Below are positions 17,955 through 31,770 of a stretch of DNA of 64,000 nt, piece by piece. A program made the position numbers and the translations under genes. Positions within the stretch are counted from its first letter, which is position 1. Each line of letters opens with the position of its first letter. Source of the stretch: the human T2T-CHM13v2.0 reference genome, Homo sapiens; NCBI RefSeq assembly GCF_009914755.1, contig NC_060936.1. The stretch is one strand, 5' to 3'. A model generated the notes under the pieces. The model did not search any database. It saw nothing but the letters and a program-made list of their open reading frames with translations, and was not told the DNA's origin.

Positions 17955-18105
17955 AAGCAACAGCTTCATGAATATGGGTTTCCTTTTAGGATAATGAAAA
18001 TGTTTTGGAACTAGAAAGTGGTGGTTGCACAACATTGCCACTGAACTGTTCCTTTTTAAATGATTAATTTGTGTCATGTGTGTTTCATCTCTTTTTTTTT
18101 AATAA
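17955..18105 (+). mobile_element. L1MB-like 3' fragment
   Basis: gggtttccttttaggataatgaaaatgttttggaactagaaagtggtggttgcacaacattg. Confidence 0.75.
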
Positions 18106-18107
18106 AA

Positions 18108-18287
18108 GTGCAAAGGCATAAGAATTATATAACGGACTTTGGGGACTCGCGGTGGGGAGGTTGGGAGGGGGTGGTACAATGCTCAGGTGACAGGTACACT
18201 AAAATCTCAGAAACCACCACTAAAGAACTTATCCACGTAACCCAAAAACCACCTTACCCCAAAAACTATTGAAATGAATTTTTTTAA
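18108..18287 (+). mobile_element. L1PB-like 3' UTR fragment
   Basis: caaaggcataagaa...ggactttggggactc...aaaatctcagaaaccaccactaaagaactt; aagtgca on both flanks. Confidence 0.8.
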
Positions 18288-18609
18288 GTGCATTATCAAA
18301 CCAACCACCACTGACGGCAACTGGAGCTTAGCCTCTCTGGGGAAGCTCAGGGTGTACATATACATACTTCAGAGTTATCTCACCCAGGCAGCGAGGCAGC
18401 TGGGGTTTACCAACTCCTGTCATTCAAAGATTGAGAACTCTTCCCAAGGAATGTCAATTCCCGGGGCTTCCAGCCTGCAATGGAGATGGCAAAGTGCACT
18501 CCAGCTTGTGGACACTGAAGATATGAGCATGAGGGCTAGAGGCAGGACAGGTGCAAGCACTGCCAGCTGTATCGAAGTTCGCCATATTGTTGCCTTTTCC
18601 ACCCTTTGT

Positions 18610-19376
18610 TTGTGTTTTAATTTTTGTTTTTTGTTTTTTATTTTTCTGATTTACTTTTTTTTCTTAACTTTCATTTTAGGTTCAGAGGTACATATGCAGG
18701 TTTGTTATATAGGTAAATTGGGGGTTTGTGTACAGATTATTTTGTCACCCAGGTAATAAGCATAATACCTGATAGGTAGTTTTTTGGTCCTCTCCCTCCA
18801 CCCTCAAGTAGGCCTCAGGGTCTATTGTTTCCTTCTTTGTGTGCATGTATACTCAAAGGTTAGTTCCCAACTTATAAGTGAGAGCATACAGTGTTTGGTT
18901 TTCTGTTCCTGTATTAGTTTGCTTACGATAATGGTTTCCAGCTCCAACCATGTTGCTGCAAAGAACATGATCTCATTCTATTCTATGGCTGCATAGTATT
19001 CCATAGTGTATATGTACATTTTTTAAATCCAGTCTACCACTGATGGGCATTTAGGTTGATTCTGTGTCTTTGCCATTGTGAATAGCGCTGTGATGAACAT
19101 ACACGTGCATGTCTTTATGGTAGAAAGATTTACATTCCTTTGGGTATATACCCAATAGTGGGATTGCTGAGAAATACAAATCAAAACCACAATGAGATAC
19201 CATCTCACATCAGTCAGAATGGCCAGTATTAAAATGTCAAAAAAAAAAAAAAAAAAAAAAACAGATACTGGCAAGGTTGTGGAGGAAAGGGAACACTCAT
19301 ACACTGCTGATGGGAATGTAAATTAGTTCCGCCACTGTGGAAAGCAGTTTGGTGATGTCTCAAGGAATTTAAAACA
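18610..19376 (-). mobile_element. Older L1PA 3' end with 5' inversion (19170-19376 in opposite orientation)
   Basis: Antisense 3' UTR/ORF2 end to 19169, then sense gaaatacaaatcaaaaccacaatgagatacc...; caccctttgt on both flanks. Confidence 0.9.
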
Positions 19377-19847
19377 CCCTTTGTGTTTTTTTGCTGCTGT
19401 GTTACATTCCATTATTGGAAAATACCACACTTTTTCATGCACATTCTGTTATTTGATTTGTTTCCAATTGATATTAGAAAATATGGCATTAGGGGGAAAA
19501 TTGTGTAAATTCAAGGGGTACAAGTGCAATTTTGTTACATGGATATATTGCCTAGGGTGAAGTCTGAGCTTTTAGTGTAACCATCACCAGAATAATGCAC
19601 ATTGTACCCATTAAGTAATTTCTCATCCCCCATCCCCTCCCGCCTCCCACCCTTCCAAATCTCCAGTGTCTGTTATTCCATGCTGTGTGTCCACATGTAC
19701 ACACTATTCAGCTTCCATTTGTAGTTGAGAACATACAGTATTTAACTTTCTGTTTCTGAGTTATTTCACTTAATGGCTTACAGCTCCATCCATGTTGCTG
19801 CACAAAACATAATTTCATCCTTTTTCTGGCTGAATAGTATTCCATAG

Positions 19848-19854
<7 letters not shown>

Positions 19855-19918
<64 letters not shown>
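19855..19918. repeat. (AT)~32 with a single C interruption
   Basis: Direct reading. Confidence 0.98.
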
Positions 19919-19921
<3 letters not shown>

Positions 19922-20238
19922 ATTTTCTTTATCCATTCATCCATTGATGGACACTTTGGTTGATTCCATAACTTTACTATTTTGAATACTGCTGCATTAA
20001 ACCTCATAGTGCATATGTCTTTTTATATAACAATTTCTTTTCCTTTGGGTAGATACCCAGTAGTGGGATTGCCAATCAAATGATCGTTTGATTTTTAGTG
20101 CTTTAAGAAATCTCCATACTATCCTCCATAGAATTTGTACTAATTTACATTCCCCCGATGGGTGTATAAAGCATCCCCTTTTCTATGCATCCTCCCCAGC
20201 ATCTGTTATTTGGTGATTTTTTGTTAATAGACATTCGG

Positions 20239-20540
20239 GGCCAAGTGCAGTGGCTCAAGCCTGTACTCCCAGCACTTTGGGAGGCCGAGGTGGGAGGATC
20301 ACTTGAGCCCAGAAGTTTGAGACAAGCCTAGGCAACATAGCAAGACCTCGTCCCTACTAAAAATCAAAAAAATTAGCAGGGCGTAGTGGCTTACACCTGT
20401 AGTCCTAGCTACTCAGGAGGCTGAAGTGAGAGGATCACTTGAGCCCAAGATATCAAGGCTGCAGTGAGCTATGATCACACCACTGCACTCCAGCCTGGGT
20501 GAAGAGCGAGACCCTGTCTCAACAATAATAATTAATAATA
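20239..20540 (+). mobile_element. AluJ
   Basis: gaggatcacttgagccca, aaggctgcagtgagctatgatc. Confidence 0.93.
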
Positions 20541-20644
20541 GCAATCTGGACTGCTGTAAGATGATATCTCACTGTGATTTTAATTTGCTTTCTCTGATAT
20601 CAGTAATGTTGAGCATTTTTTCACATGCTTGTTGGCCTTTTAGG

Positions 20645-21460
<816 letters not shown>

Positions 21461-21494
21461 TTAGTTTTAAAAATACCGTCTGACCACAGAAAGC

Positions 21495-22130
21495 TAGTCA
21501 AATAAACTATGGTACATCTATACAACGAAATAGTGGATAACTATTAAAAATTTTGTTGAAAAATATTTCTTGAAACTGAACATTTTTTTGCAACTTAATG
21601 TTAAGCTAAAAACACACACCAAAAAACAGTATGTATATCAAGATCCCGCAGTATGAATTTTTTTAAGTTTAATAATATACTATGTTAGCAAGTTTCTGGA
21701 CAAATAAGCAGTCTTATTCACTCTTGGTGAAGGGTGTAAATTTCTACAATCTCTGTAACTTGCAATTTGGCAATGTCTATCAAAAATTTAAATTTATGTA
21801 TAACTTGACCCAGCAATTCTCCTTGAGGATATTTACTCAATCAATATCCTCATATGTGTGCCAGGATACATACAATTATATTCATTGCAGCACTGGTTAA
21901 TAGCAAAAGACAAAATTATAAAACAGCCATACAATGGAATACTATGCAGCTGTTAAAAAAAGAACAATGTTGTCTATATGTATTATAATGCAATTATCTC
22001 CAAGGCACATTGTTAAGTGAAAAGGGCAAGATAGTATTGTATATCATTTGCATTAAAAATATTTAGTGCTATGTAAATCCTTTGCATGTATTATTTGCAT
22101 AGAATGTTTCTGAAAGCAAAAAAAGAAAAA
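21495..22130 (+). mobile_element. L1ME-like fragments
   Basis: aataaactatggtacatctataca; ttgacccagcaattc; catacaatggaatactatgcagctgttaaaaa. Confidence 0.65.
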
Positions 22131-22489
22131 AAAAAAGCTAATTGATTAATTGCTTCCTAGGAAGGGACTTGGTCTACAGGATATCCTCACAACCTCTTTA
22201 GGAAGTAAATATTACTATTTTATTCATTAGACACGAGGAACCTAGAACAAGGGAACTCCAGAAGCCCCAGTGGAATGAAAAGAAAGGAATCCAATGAGAT
22301 CATCGCTATTAATTCACTCCAAGTTTCTTGACTGTTGTCTCTGTGCCAGGCTCTCTGGAATCGCAATAGCACCTACAGCACAGAGTGGTTTGGTAATTAA
22401 ATAAGACCCAATAAGCAGGAATTTGCTCCCCACAGATGCTTGATAAATAGGAGCTGGGTTTTATAACAATTTAATTAATAATATATAGT

Positions 22490-22610
22490 CATTCATTTTG
22501 CAGCTCATCTCATTTGGTTTTGCCAACAGCACTGTGTATAAAGTAAGGCAAGAGTGGTTGCTATCATATCCATTTTACAGAAAACTGAGGCTCAGGAAGG
22601 TGAAGTTCAT
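22490..22610 (-). mobile_element. MIR
   Basis: ccattttacagaaaactgaggctcaggaaggtgaagt. Confidence 0.7.
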
Positions 22611-22689
22611 AGGGGCTCCCCATGCAACCAATTCTGGAGCACATAGAAGAGGCTTCCTGGAGCTGATGGTGCCCAACCACCAGAGGGCT

Positions 22690-22840
22690 CAGACAGAATC
22701 CTGGCTCTGCCCCTCACTTGCTGTATGGCATCCTGAGCAAGTTACTTAGGTTTTCTGCGCCTCGAGTTTTGGCATCTATAAAATGGAAACAAACGAAAGC
22801 ACTGCATCTTAAAATGCTGAAGATGAGATGAATGAATATG
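22690..22840 (+). mobile_element. MIR
   Basis: gaatcctggctctgcccctcacttgctgt...gagcaagttactta...catctataaaatgg. Confidence 0.75.
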
Positions 22841-22854
22841 TATCAATGACTACA

Positions 22855-23400
22855 ACTAGTGATTCCTTTAAAACGTTAAGTCAGATCCTGTCACTCTTCA
22901 GTTCAGACCTTTCCATTGGCTCCCATCTGCTTTGCAATAAAATCCAAAATCCTCACTGCGAATGGCCCATGGAACTTCACATGGCCTGGGTGTCCAGCAA
23001 CTTTCTCCCTGTTCTCAGCCTTTGGCTCACTCCTCCTCCACCAGCTGGCTTCCTAGCTGCCTGGGGACACACAGAGCTCAGCCCTGCCTCCAGGCCTTAG
23101 GACATTTTGTTCCCTCTCTTAGGAACACACTTCCTCGCTCCTCTGTCACCTCTCAAGCCACCCTTCCCTGACCACTTTCCCCATCACCCTCCTTGTCCTG
23201 CTGGATTTCTTTCTCATCAGCACTTACGGCTGCCCAACAGACCACACATAGTGTTTATCTGCATATTCATTTCTTGTCCATTGGCCCTGCTCTGAAATGC
23301 AAGCTTGATGAGGGCAGGAATAGGCTGTTTTGTGCATCACTGCATCCCCAAGACTTGGAACAATGTCCGGCACCTTGCTGGCCCTCTATAAATGTTAGGT
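22855..23400 (+). mobile_element. L2 3' region
   Basis: agtcagatcctgtcactc...aataaaatccaaa...gcaagcttgatgagggcagg. Confidence 0.8.
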
Positions 23401-24477
23401 CTCCCAAAAGGCAGGAGACAGGGTCACTACAGGCAATGAACACAGCATAAGCAAAGGCCTGGTGGTGGGGACAGAGCATAATCCAAGCAGGGACCCACAC
23501 GGAGTTCCTTTGACCTGGTGCTGCCACCCTGGTTAGGGGAAATGGGCTCTGCTTACCACCAAGACACCTTGGACACATGGATTTCTTAGAAGCCCAGTGA
23601 AAATGCTTTGGGCTGACTCCTTCTCCGATACTTCCTCATCCCCTGTTCTGTTTGACCCCTCATCCTTTGCCGGGGTCATTGCTGCCTTCATCTGCAGCCC
23701 AAGGATAGGGGTACAGGCAGCCAGGGCTGGGGGCCCCTCAGTCCCAACTAGCAGCTTTGGGGGTCTTTGGAAGGCTGGTATCTAACAGAATGAGGGGAAG
23801 ACTTTGGGAAGGAAGAAACCTCCCCAGGGAAAAGCTACCTTGTACAGAACTCACAGCTCACAGCCATAAAAAGAATAAAAACTAGAAAAGGCTCCATCTC
23901 CTTGGCCCCTTTAAGAAAGACACCTTGGGATTCTGGCTGGAGGTCACAGCAGGAAACTGGACATGTACAGAAGGGGCTGCCCGATAAAATAAATAATCAT
24001 TTATTAAGGTACTTGTCTACACAGCAGGAAATCAGCACAGGGAGTGTGGGTCGGGGAACAGAGCCTCCCTGAAGAAGGCAGCTATCTTTAAAAGGGGGGA
24101 TCTTGATTTGAAACACTTGTCTCCAGATGGGACCAGTAATCCTCAGCCCTTAGCCTCATTCCAAACCTCCCAAGAAAAGGAATAGCAGTGCACAGCTTTC
24201 TAGAACCTTCCAGGGCAGGAAGAAAAACGAAGAATGAAGAGACCTTCTTCAGGCCACCACACTGGCTTCCCCCCAACTTGTGCCCACGAGTTTTGGGCTG
24301 GAGCTGAGACGATAGCCTAGCAACATGTTTTATTTCTGCAAAAGGAAGTGATCTTTGAAACGGAGCCACAAGAAGATCTGAAAAGGGATTTCCTGATCAC
24401 AGCCCTGGGTGAAGCAACTAGGATGGAGCTTCCTCCAAAGCCAGACTGGCTAGGGCACCACTGCTCCCCCTTCTTGA

Positions 24478-24952
<475 letters not shown>

Positions 24953-25249
24953 TCTGATCACTCATAAGCAACCAGCTGAGCTGCTACATATGGGCTCTCG
25001 CATACCCACCACCCCCACAGCGCCAAATTGTGTATTGCTCAGTGCTTATCATGGCTGGCACTGCACACTTTATATGGATGCAATAGTTTATTGCATCTCT
25101 TCTCCACTGCTTCAGTTGTACCTAACACTATAGCCACAATGCATGACACATGGTAGTCCCTCAATGAAGATGTGTTGAATTAATGAACAAATTGACCTTT
25201 GGGAAAAATATATCAGTATACTTCAGTCTCCTAGTTAAGTGTCCAAACA

Positions 25250-25420
25250 CTTGAATGTATGCATGAATGAGGGATGAATAAATGAGCAAGTGAATGAATG
25301 AGCAAATGAATAAATGAGCGGGTGAGTGAATGAGTGAGTTATTGAATGAATGAGTGAATGAGTAACATAGTGACTGCATGAGTGAAGGGGGAAGTAAAAG
25401 AGCGAATGAATAAGTGAATG
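25250..25420. repeat. Degenerate (TGAA/TGAG)n tetranucleotide repeat
   Basis: Direct reading; typical expansion near an L2 tail. Confidence 0.85.
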
Positions 25421-26576
25421 ACAATGGCTTCCTTGAGGGTGGTCCTATTAGTTAATGCCTTTTTTCGGTCTCTCCTTTTCTCTGTATGCAGAGAAACAGA
25501 TAGAAGAGGCTGGCATGAATGTGACTCTAACCAAAACATGTGGCAAGGGAAGGAGGGCATTTCCCAAAGGGGCACCTGGTGGTGGGGGGCAGGGGGATGC
25601 TTCCAGGCAGAAGCTGACCCCCAAGGGGCAGCTCTGTCCCTGACCCCTTTCACCTTCCCTTGTTCTGATCTTTATGGGGCCGTCTGCCTTTTAGCATCAA
25701 AGGAGACAGCAGGTCCGTGACTTGTCCCACAGCAGCTCTATAAAAATGTAATTACCCAATAACCTGCTGTCTGCAAAACAAACCATCTTCCTGTTTCTTC
25801 TCCCATAAAAAGCATTTGACAGCCCTGTTCTATCAGCTTATAAAACCTGGAAAGAGTTGGCTTAGACCCCTCTGAAATGAAAACCCTTAGCGGGGAAGAG
25901 TCCCAAGTTGGGAGAAACACACCTCTGACCCTCCAGGCAGTTGCTTCAAAGTCACTGGAGGTTTTCAGAGAAGGCAAAGACAGCAACCTATCTTGGAAAA
26001 ATGGAGGACTGGATAATGCAAATCACACCTAAAAAGGGCAAAAGCCTTGGAAACTCTAAGAGCCCAGGCCTGCTGTGGGCACAGGCAGCATCATTGTATC
26101 TCACCAGAAAGTCATTCCTTCATTTATTCACTCAATAAACATTTATCGGGCACCTGCGACATGCTAGGCATTAGGCTAGGCCCTGAGGGTAAGACTCTAG
26201 TGTAATAAGTGCTGGTCCTTTAAGAAACTCACATCTAAAATATACATTTATTTTAAATAATGGAGCACTTTGATCTGAATTTATTGACATGTAAAAAGTG
26301 CATATAATCCATGATTACATGGGTGAGGCAGGTTATAAAACAGTAAGTGGTGATGGATACATAACATCAAAAATGTACTTAATGCCACTGAATTGTACAC
26401 TTAAAATGGTAAGTTTTATGTTACATATATTTTACCAATATCTACATTGGTAGATTTTGATTGATATGGCTACGTTGACAGATATGGCTTCATTTTGACT
26501 TTTTTTCATTGAAAGGGAAACAGAATGGAACTGGGAGGTGGTGATAAAATTATTCTATATCTTGACTGTGAAGCTA

Positions 26577-26880
26577 TCTAGTGGGTTCATGTGTTCCCCA
26601 CAAAGATATGTCCAAGTCCTACCCTCTAATGTCTGTGAACATGACCTGATTCGGAAATAGGGACTTTGCAAGTGTAACTAAGGCAAGGATCAAGATGAGA
26701 TTATACTTGGATTGAGGATGGTCCTAAACCCAATGAGACTGTCCTTGCAGAGAAAGGAGAGGGGGATTTGACACACATAGGAAAAGAGGTCCCGTGAACA
26801 GGAAGGTGGAGATTGGCCTGATGTGGCCACAAACCGGGGAATGCCTGAAGCCATCAGGAGCTGGAAGACACAAGGAACAG
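26577..26880 (+). mobile_element. MaLR LTR (MLT1C-like), 3'-truncated
   Basis: caaagatatgtccaagtcct...ggaaatagggactttgca...ccatcaggagctggaagacacaaggaacag. Confidence 0.8.
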
Positions 26881-27489
26881 CAACTGCGGGAAACTAACCC
26901 AGACTGTCTACCAGACAGCATGCTTTCATCACAGAACTGTTCACTAACAAGGGTAGCTTTGCTGTATTCAAATTATACTTTGATTTTTAAAATATCTTTT
27001 AAATAGAAACAGAGGGATTGAACAGACATTTCTGGTGTTTCTAATACTTGTTTTACCGTGAATATACATTGTATAAGGAGTTCATGGTCTGATGAGTGAG
27101 ACAGGTAAGAAAATTGACAATTGTAGGATATGAGAGCTGGAGCATCTAAATCAGACTGGGGAGGGGGTTCCATGAAAGCGTTCCCAGAAAGAGGACACTG
27201 ATCAGAAGGAAGCTGAGCAAAGAAGTGAGGGTGGAGGAGAGAGGGCATTCCAGGTACAATGGGCATTGAAAGTGCCTGCATCTTACTAACCAAGCGACCG
27301 GGTCAGCAAAGTCACACAGCTTCAAGTTCCTCAGCCCTAAAAATGGTGACCATAATCCTTAATATCTCATAAGCTTATGGGATGATTAAGGGAGGCAATA
27401 TGTATATAAGACTCCACAGAGTCTGATATGGATTAAGTACTGGAAAATGCCAGTTATCGTCACTATCAGTATTAGCATAATCAGCTGCA

Positions 27490-27710
27490 GCCAGATTGGT
27501 GGGTTAGAATCTTGGCCTGGCCACTTGCCGTGTGTCCTCGGATCAGCTATTTAACCTTTCTGTGCCTCAGTTTCCTATTCTGTAAAATAAGGATAAATAA
27601 TGGTATTTGTGCCTTAGGGTATTGTGAGGATTATACGAGTTAATACCTATAAATCAATTACAACAGCACCTGGCATATGGCAAAGACTATATAAGAATTA
27701 GCTATTATAT
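27490..27710 (+). mobile_element. MIR
   Basis: tttaacctttctgtgcctcagtttcctattctgtaaaat...gggtattgtgaggatta...cacctggcata. Confidence 0.85.
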
Positions 27711-28769
27711 TTTGTCATGACTATAAAGGAAAGGAAACGTCTGGAAACAGTACAAAAGAGAAGTGGAATGGCCAAACGTGCTTGGGGAAAGAGCAGTGTA
27801 AGAATCATCTTCATGGAAAAAAAAAAAAGCAAATAAAGCCTTTGAAAAAAAAAACAAAGGGAAATCACAAATCTGAAAATAAAGTGTCTTATGATGATGG
27901 GGTTACATTTTGGACCAAGATATTTTTAGCTAACAAAATCGAGTTAAAATGGATTTTGACAGAGTGAAAAGATGTGGGAAATGCATAAAGGAGTCACGCT
28001 TGAAAGGCTGAAGGTAAATCAGCCTCTTTGTTAGGGAAAGTTTCACTGCGTTCAACATTTGGAATTGATGACTTTGGTGGTTTCCTTTGGGGAAGAAAAT
28101 ATCCTGACATTTCCTGGTAAGTCTTCCTTCCTACCTTCTCGGCCTTAATGATATTCTCTATCAGCCTAATGTCCCTGCTTGAGCATTGATGGCTGTGTGG
28201 ACACAGATAATATCCAGAATATTAGCAGTTTGGAAGGCTCAGAGCAGCATCCACCACCTTCATAAAGACGCAGGCAACATTACCGCATAAGCACCTCTTA
28301 ACGTGCAGTCACAAATCACTGCTCAACAAATTCCAGAATTTCAAAGCTGTGGCATAAATTTCCAAGCCAGAAAAACAGCATGCGAGCCTTAAGTGCTGGG
28401 TTTCAACCCTCTAGACTCCCTGGAACCACTGTCTGAGGTTCTGGCAGCATCAATATGGCCCTTTCAGCCTTCTAAGGAATATGAATGGTGTGTTAAGCCA
28501 ATGAGAGACAGCATGTAGTCTTTGAATGGAAGCCACAGTGTGTACACCAAGGCTCTTGGCTCTGCTTTGAAATTTTGAATAGCAAATCCCTGCTCAATCC
28601 TCTGCATTATCGTCTTTTAAATGGGTGTAGCAATTTTTATCCTGACATAGAATAGAAGGTCTTAAACTCTTTGGGGGTAAAGGGGATGGGGTGAGTAAAA
28701 AAAAAACAAAAAAACTATGAATATTGGGATTTTATTTTGCCTTTGAGGGAAATCTTTAGAAACATCATT

Positions 28770-29242
28770 TTACCCATTAGTAATACATTCAGCTCCAAGT
28801 AATAAGAATGCCTCACTATATGCTTTAATTTAATAGTCCTTTCTTACATAATAAGAATTCCAGAAGTGGTCAGCTTCATGTTCAGGTTCGGCAGCTCAGC
28901 CACATCTTGACCAATATTTTGACAAAACAGTTGCTGCAGTTCCAGCCATCACATCCAAATTCAAGACAGGAAAAAAATGGAAGGGGAAAGTGCTGCATCT
29001 GTCCCTTTTTCCAGGACAATAAATTTTTTTTTCCCAGAACATTTTGCAACAGACCTTTTGGACAGAGCTGGGTCATATACCATCTCAGATGCAAGGAAAG
29101 CTTGGAAATTAGATAACAGAACTTTGACCGATTATAATCCATAGCCTGGGTCTGGGCTCAGTGCTGCTCTGAACAAAACCTGGATCCTCTTACAAAGGGG
29201 AAAGGGCAATGGATATAAGGCAGGCAATGAACAGTCTGCCCA
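28770..29242 (-). mobile_element. Old MaLR LTR (MLT1K-like)
   Basis: gctgcagttccagccatcacatcc...ctgaacaaaacctggatcctcttacaaaggggaaagggcaatggata. Confidence 0.7.
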
Positions 29243-31104
29243 ACTCTTCAATCCCAACATGCACACAACTTCAGTGATCAGAAAAGGTAATCAAAAAAAA
29301 AAAAAAAAAGAAAAACAGAAGAAAAGAACCTGAGGCAAAAATAATAACAACGCAACACTATTCATTTCTTGAAGGGAAACTGATAAACCTTATATGTGTT
29401 GGCCTGATACCAGGATACATTTTTAAAACTTGTGAAAGTGAAAGCAGTATCTGTAGAGATGTTCTGAAATAATTCCAACGGGTGAACAGTCAGATTCCAA
29501 GCTTCTCGTCTAATTGGCATGAATAAGTCTCACTGAATTACTCTGATGGGAAAGGATATTTTCCCAATTCAAAGCACCCACAGTGAAACATGAGAGAAAC
29601 TTGGCATAATCTTTCCAGTCAGTGGATATGTATTGGGCAAAGCAGACATGGTTCCTACACTCACAGAGCAAACAGTCTAGCAAGGCAGATGAAGAATCAC
29701 ATAGACAAACACAATGCTATAAACTAGCACTCTACTAAGTGCTATGAAACTTAACAGGGTGCTCGGAGGCAGAAAAGCCTAACTGAAGCTGGATAGGATC
29801 AGGACGATGATCTAGAAGCACAAGCTTCAGAACCAGGTCTGGGTCAACTTCCCAATATGCCACCACGCCCAAGACCAGTGAACTTGGACCGTAATAAAAA
29901 TAAGAATTGACTAAGCACGGATCATGCATTAAACACCACACTCAGCTGTTCAATCACCATGACAAAAGTTTGAGGTTACCTAGTCCCATTTTAACAAGAG
30001 GATGATCGGGGATAGAAATTCACCTACCTGAGGTCACAGAATTGGTAACTGGAGTAAGTTGGTATGACCCTGTGTTACTCCTTCTGCGAAAGCTAAAGCC
30101 GTGCAAACTCCCTACGTCTCAGGTTCTCACATGTGCAGATATCAGGCTGGTAGATGAAATTAGGTGAAATGATCCATGGGCAGCAGTGAGCACCATGCCT
30201 GGCACACAGCAAGTGTGCAATAACCGACAACTATTATTCAAACTCTGAGTTTCTGAGATTCATCTGATCATTTCTTCAAGTCCTCTTGGCCTGGGAAGTC
30301 TGAATCCAGCCATGCCAACTGATCGATCTTCACAGGGGCTTTGAGATCTCAGGGGTCAAAGAGACTGGAAAATCCATTCTTTTTCTTTCTATGCAAATCA
30401 GGAAACACTTAGGTTAATAGCTAACAAAAATAAATCAGAATAATGAGAGCTTTAGTTCAAAATTTTTAAAAACACAAAACAATTACCAGATCTCTTAAAA
30501 TGAATAGCAGTCAGGTAAGTTCTCAAAATTAGACCCAAAGACTTTTGCTTGTTTTGAACCATGAAGAAATTTTTCAAGAGATGAAATTGAGGACATATAT
30601 CTTGAATCATTTGGGGATCGAGGGACTCATTAAGCCATGTCAATAAGAGGAGTTATTTAAGCAAATGGATAAAAGCCATTTATTATTTAGCACTTTATAT
30701 TTGTAAAGGGCTGATCCATTTTCTCTAGCCCTACCTGCTCCTGACCCCACATTACTTATGAATTTTTTCAGAGCTTCTCACTGATGAACAGGCATCCTTC
30801 AGTGCCTGAAATGAACAGGTATTACCATTTTACAGATAAAAAGGGTGAGGCAAAGAACAAAGCCCTCAAATGAGAAGACTGGAGCAAAGCATGGTTTACC
30901 CCTGTTTATCAGCTAAGGAAATGAAAGCAGAGACCGACTGGGAGATTGAGCTGAACCTAGGTAAACTTGCCCGAGATCAGCCAAGATGGCAACCCACACA
31001 TTCTGCTCTCGGGGTCCACAGACTCAGATAGCCCTGCTCAGGAAATCAGAGTTTCATCAAGTTCAGAGGATAATGAATACCAACAACAATACCAGCAATA
31101 AGAA

Positions 31105-31510
31105 TTTTTTTTATTATACTTTAAGTTTTAGAGTACATGTGCACAATGTGCAGGTTTGTTACATACGTATATATGTGCCATGTTGGTATGCTGCACCCAT
31201 TAACTCATCATTTAACATTAGGTGTATCTCCTAATGCTATCCCTCCCCGCTCCCCCCACCCCACAACAGGCCCCGGTGTATGATGTTCCCCTTCCTGTGT
31301 CCATGTGTTCTCATTGTTCAATTCCCACCACCTATGAGTGAGAACATGTGGTGTTTGGTTTTTTGTCCTTGCAATAGTTTGCTGAGAATGATGGTTTCCA
31401 GCTTCATCCATGTCCCTACAAAGGACACGAACTCATCATTTTTTATGGCTGCATAGTATTCCATGGTGTATATGTGCCACATTTTCTTAATCCAGTCTAT
31501 CATTGTTGGA
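31105..31510 (-). mobile_element. Young L1PA (L1PA3/4-like) 3' UTR, 5'-truncated
   Basis: ttattatactttaagttttagagtacatgtgcacaatgtgcagg...; 16-bp TSD accagcaataagaatt (31091-31106 and 31510-31525). Confidence 0.95.
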
Positions 31511-31529
31511 CCAGCAATAAGAATTCTAA

Positions 31530-31770
31530 AAGCTACTGTTCCTTATTGAGCCCTTACTATGCCAGGCACTGGGCTAAGCCCTTTGTATTCACTGCCTCTT
31601 GGATACTCCAACAACCTTATGAGTTAAATACTATATATTATCATAAACCCCAACTTTACAGATGAATAAGATGATGCACGAGATAATATGTAACTTGCTC
31701 AGCATTCCACGAAGCAGCAGCTGCAGAATGAGCATTTGAACCCAAGCGCTCTCAAACCTGTGACTACATT
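31530..31770 (-). mobile_element. MIR
   Basis: ttattgagcccttactatgccaggcactgggctaagc...ctttacagatga...atttgaaccca. Confidence 0.85.

Larger units (their letters stand above)
17833..18575 (-). mobile_element. LTR33-like LTR interrupted by two L1 3' fragments
   Basis: tttgggttctcccaaaagctga...caaggattcaagtgcaa; resumes at 18288 with ggcaactggagctta...tttaccaactcc. Confidence 0.65.
19498..20640 (-). mobile_element. L1MA-type 3' region, containing (AT)n and an AluJ
   Basis: ggggtacaagtgcaattttgttacatgga...ttcctttgggtagatacccagtagtgggattgc. Confidence 0.88.

Noticed and set aside
18274-18756. 160-aa ORF with a hydrophobic C-terminus
   Set aside because: It spans an LTR33-like LTR and the T-rich antisense L1 tail; the apparent membrane segment is poly-T translation.
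27950-28122. Possible + strand exon (ttttgacag acceptor near 27962; CTG/GTAAGT donor at 28117)
   Set aside because: The polypyrimidine tract is weak and there is no coherent reading frame or partner exons; such motifs occur by chance in 64 kb. It cannot be supported without RNA data.
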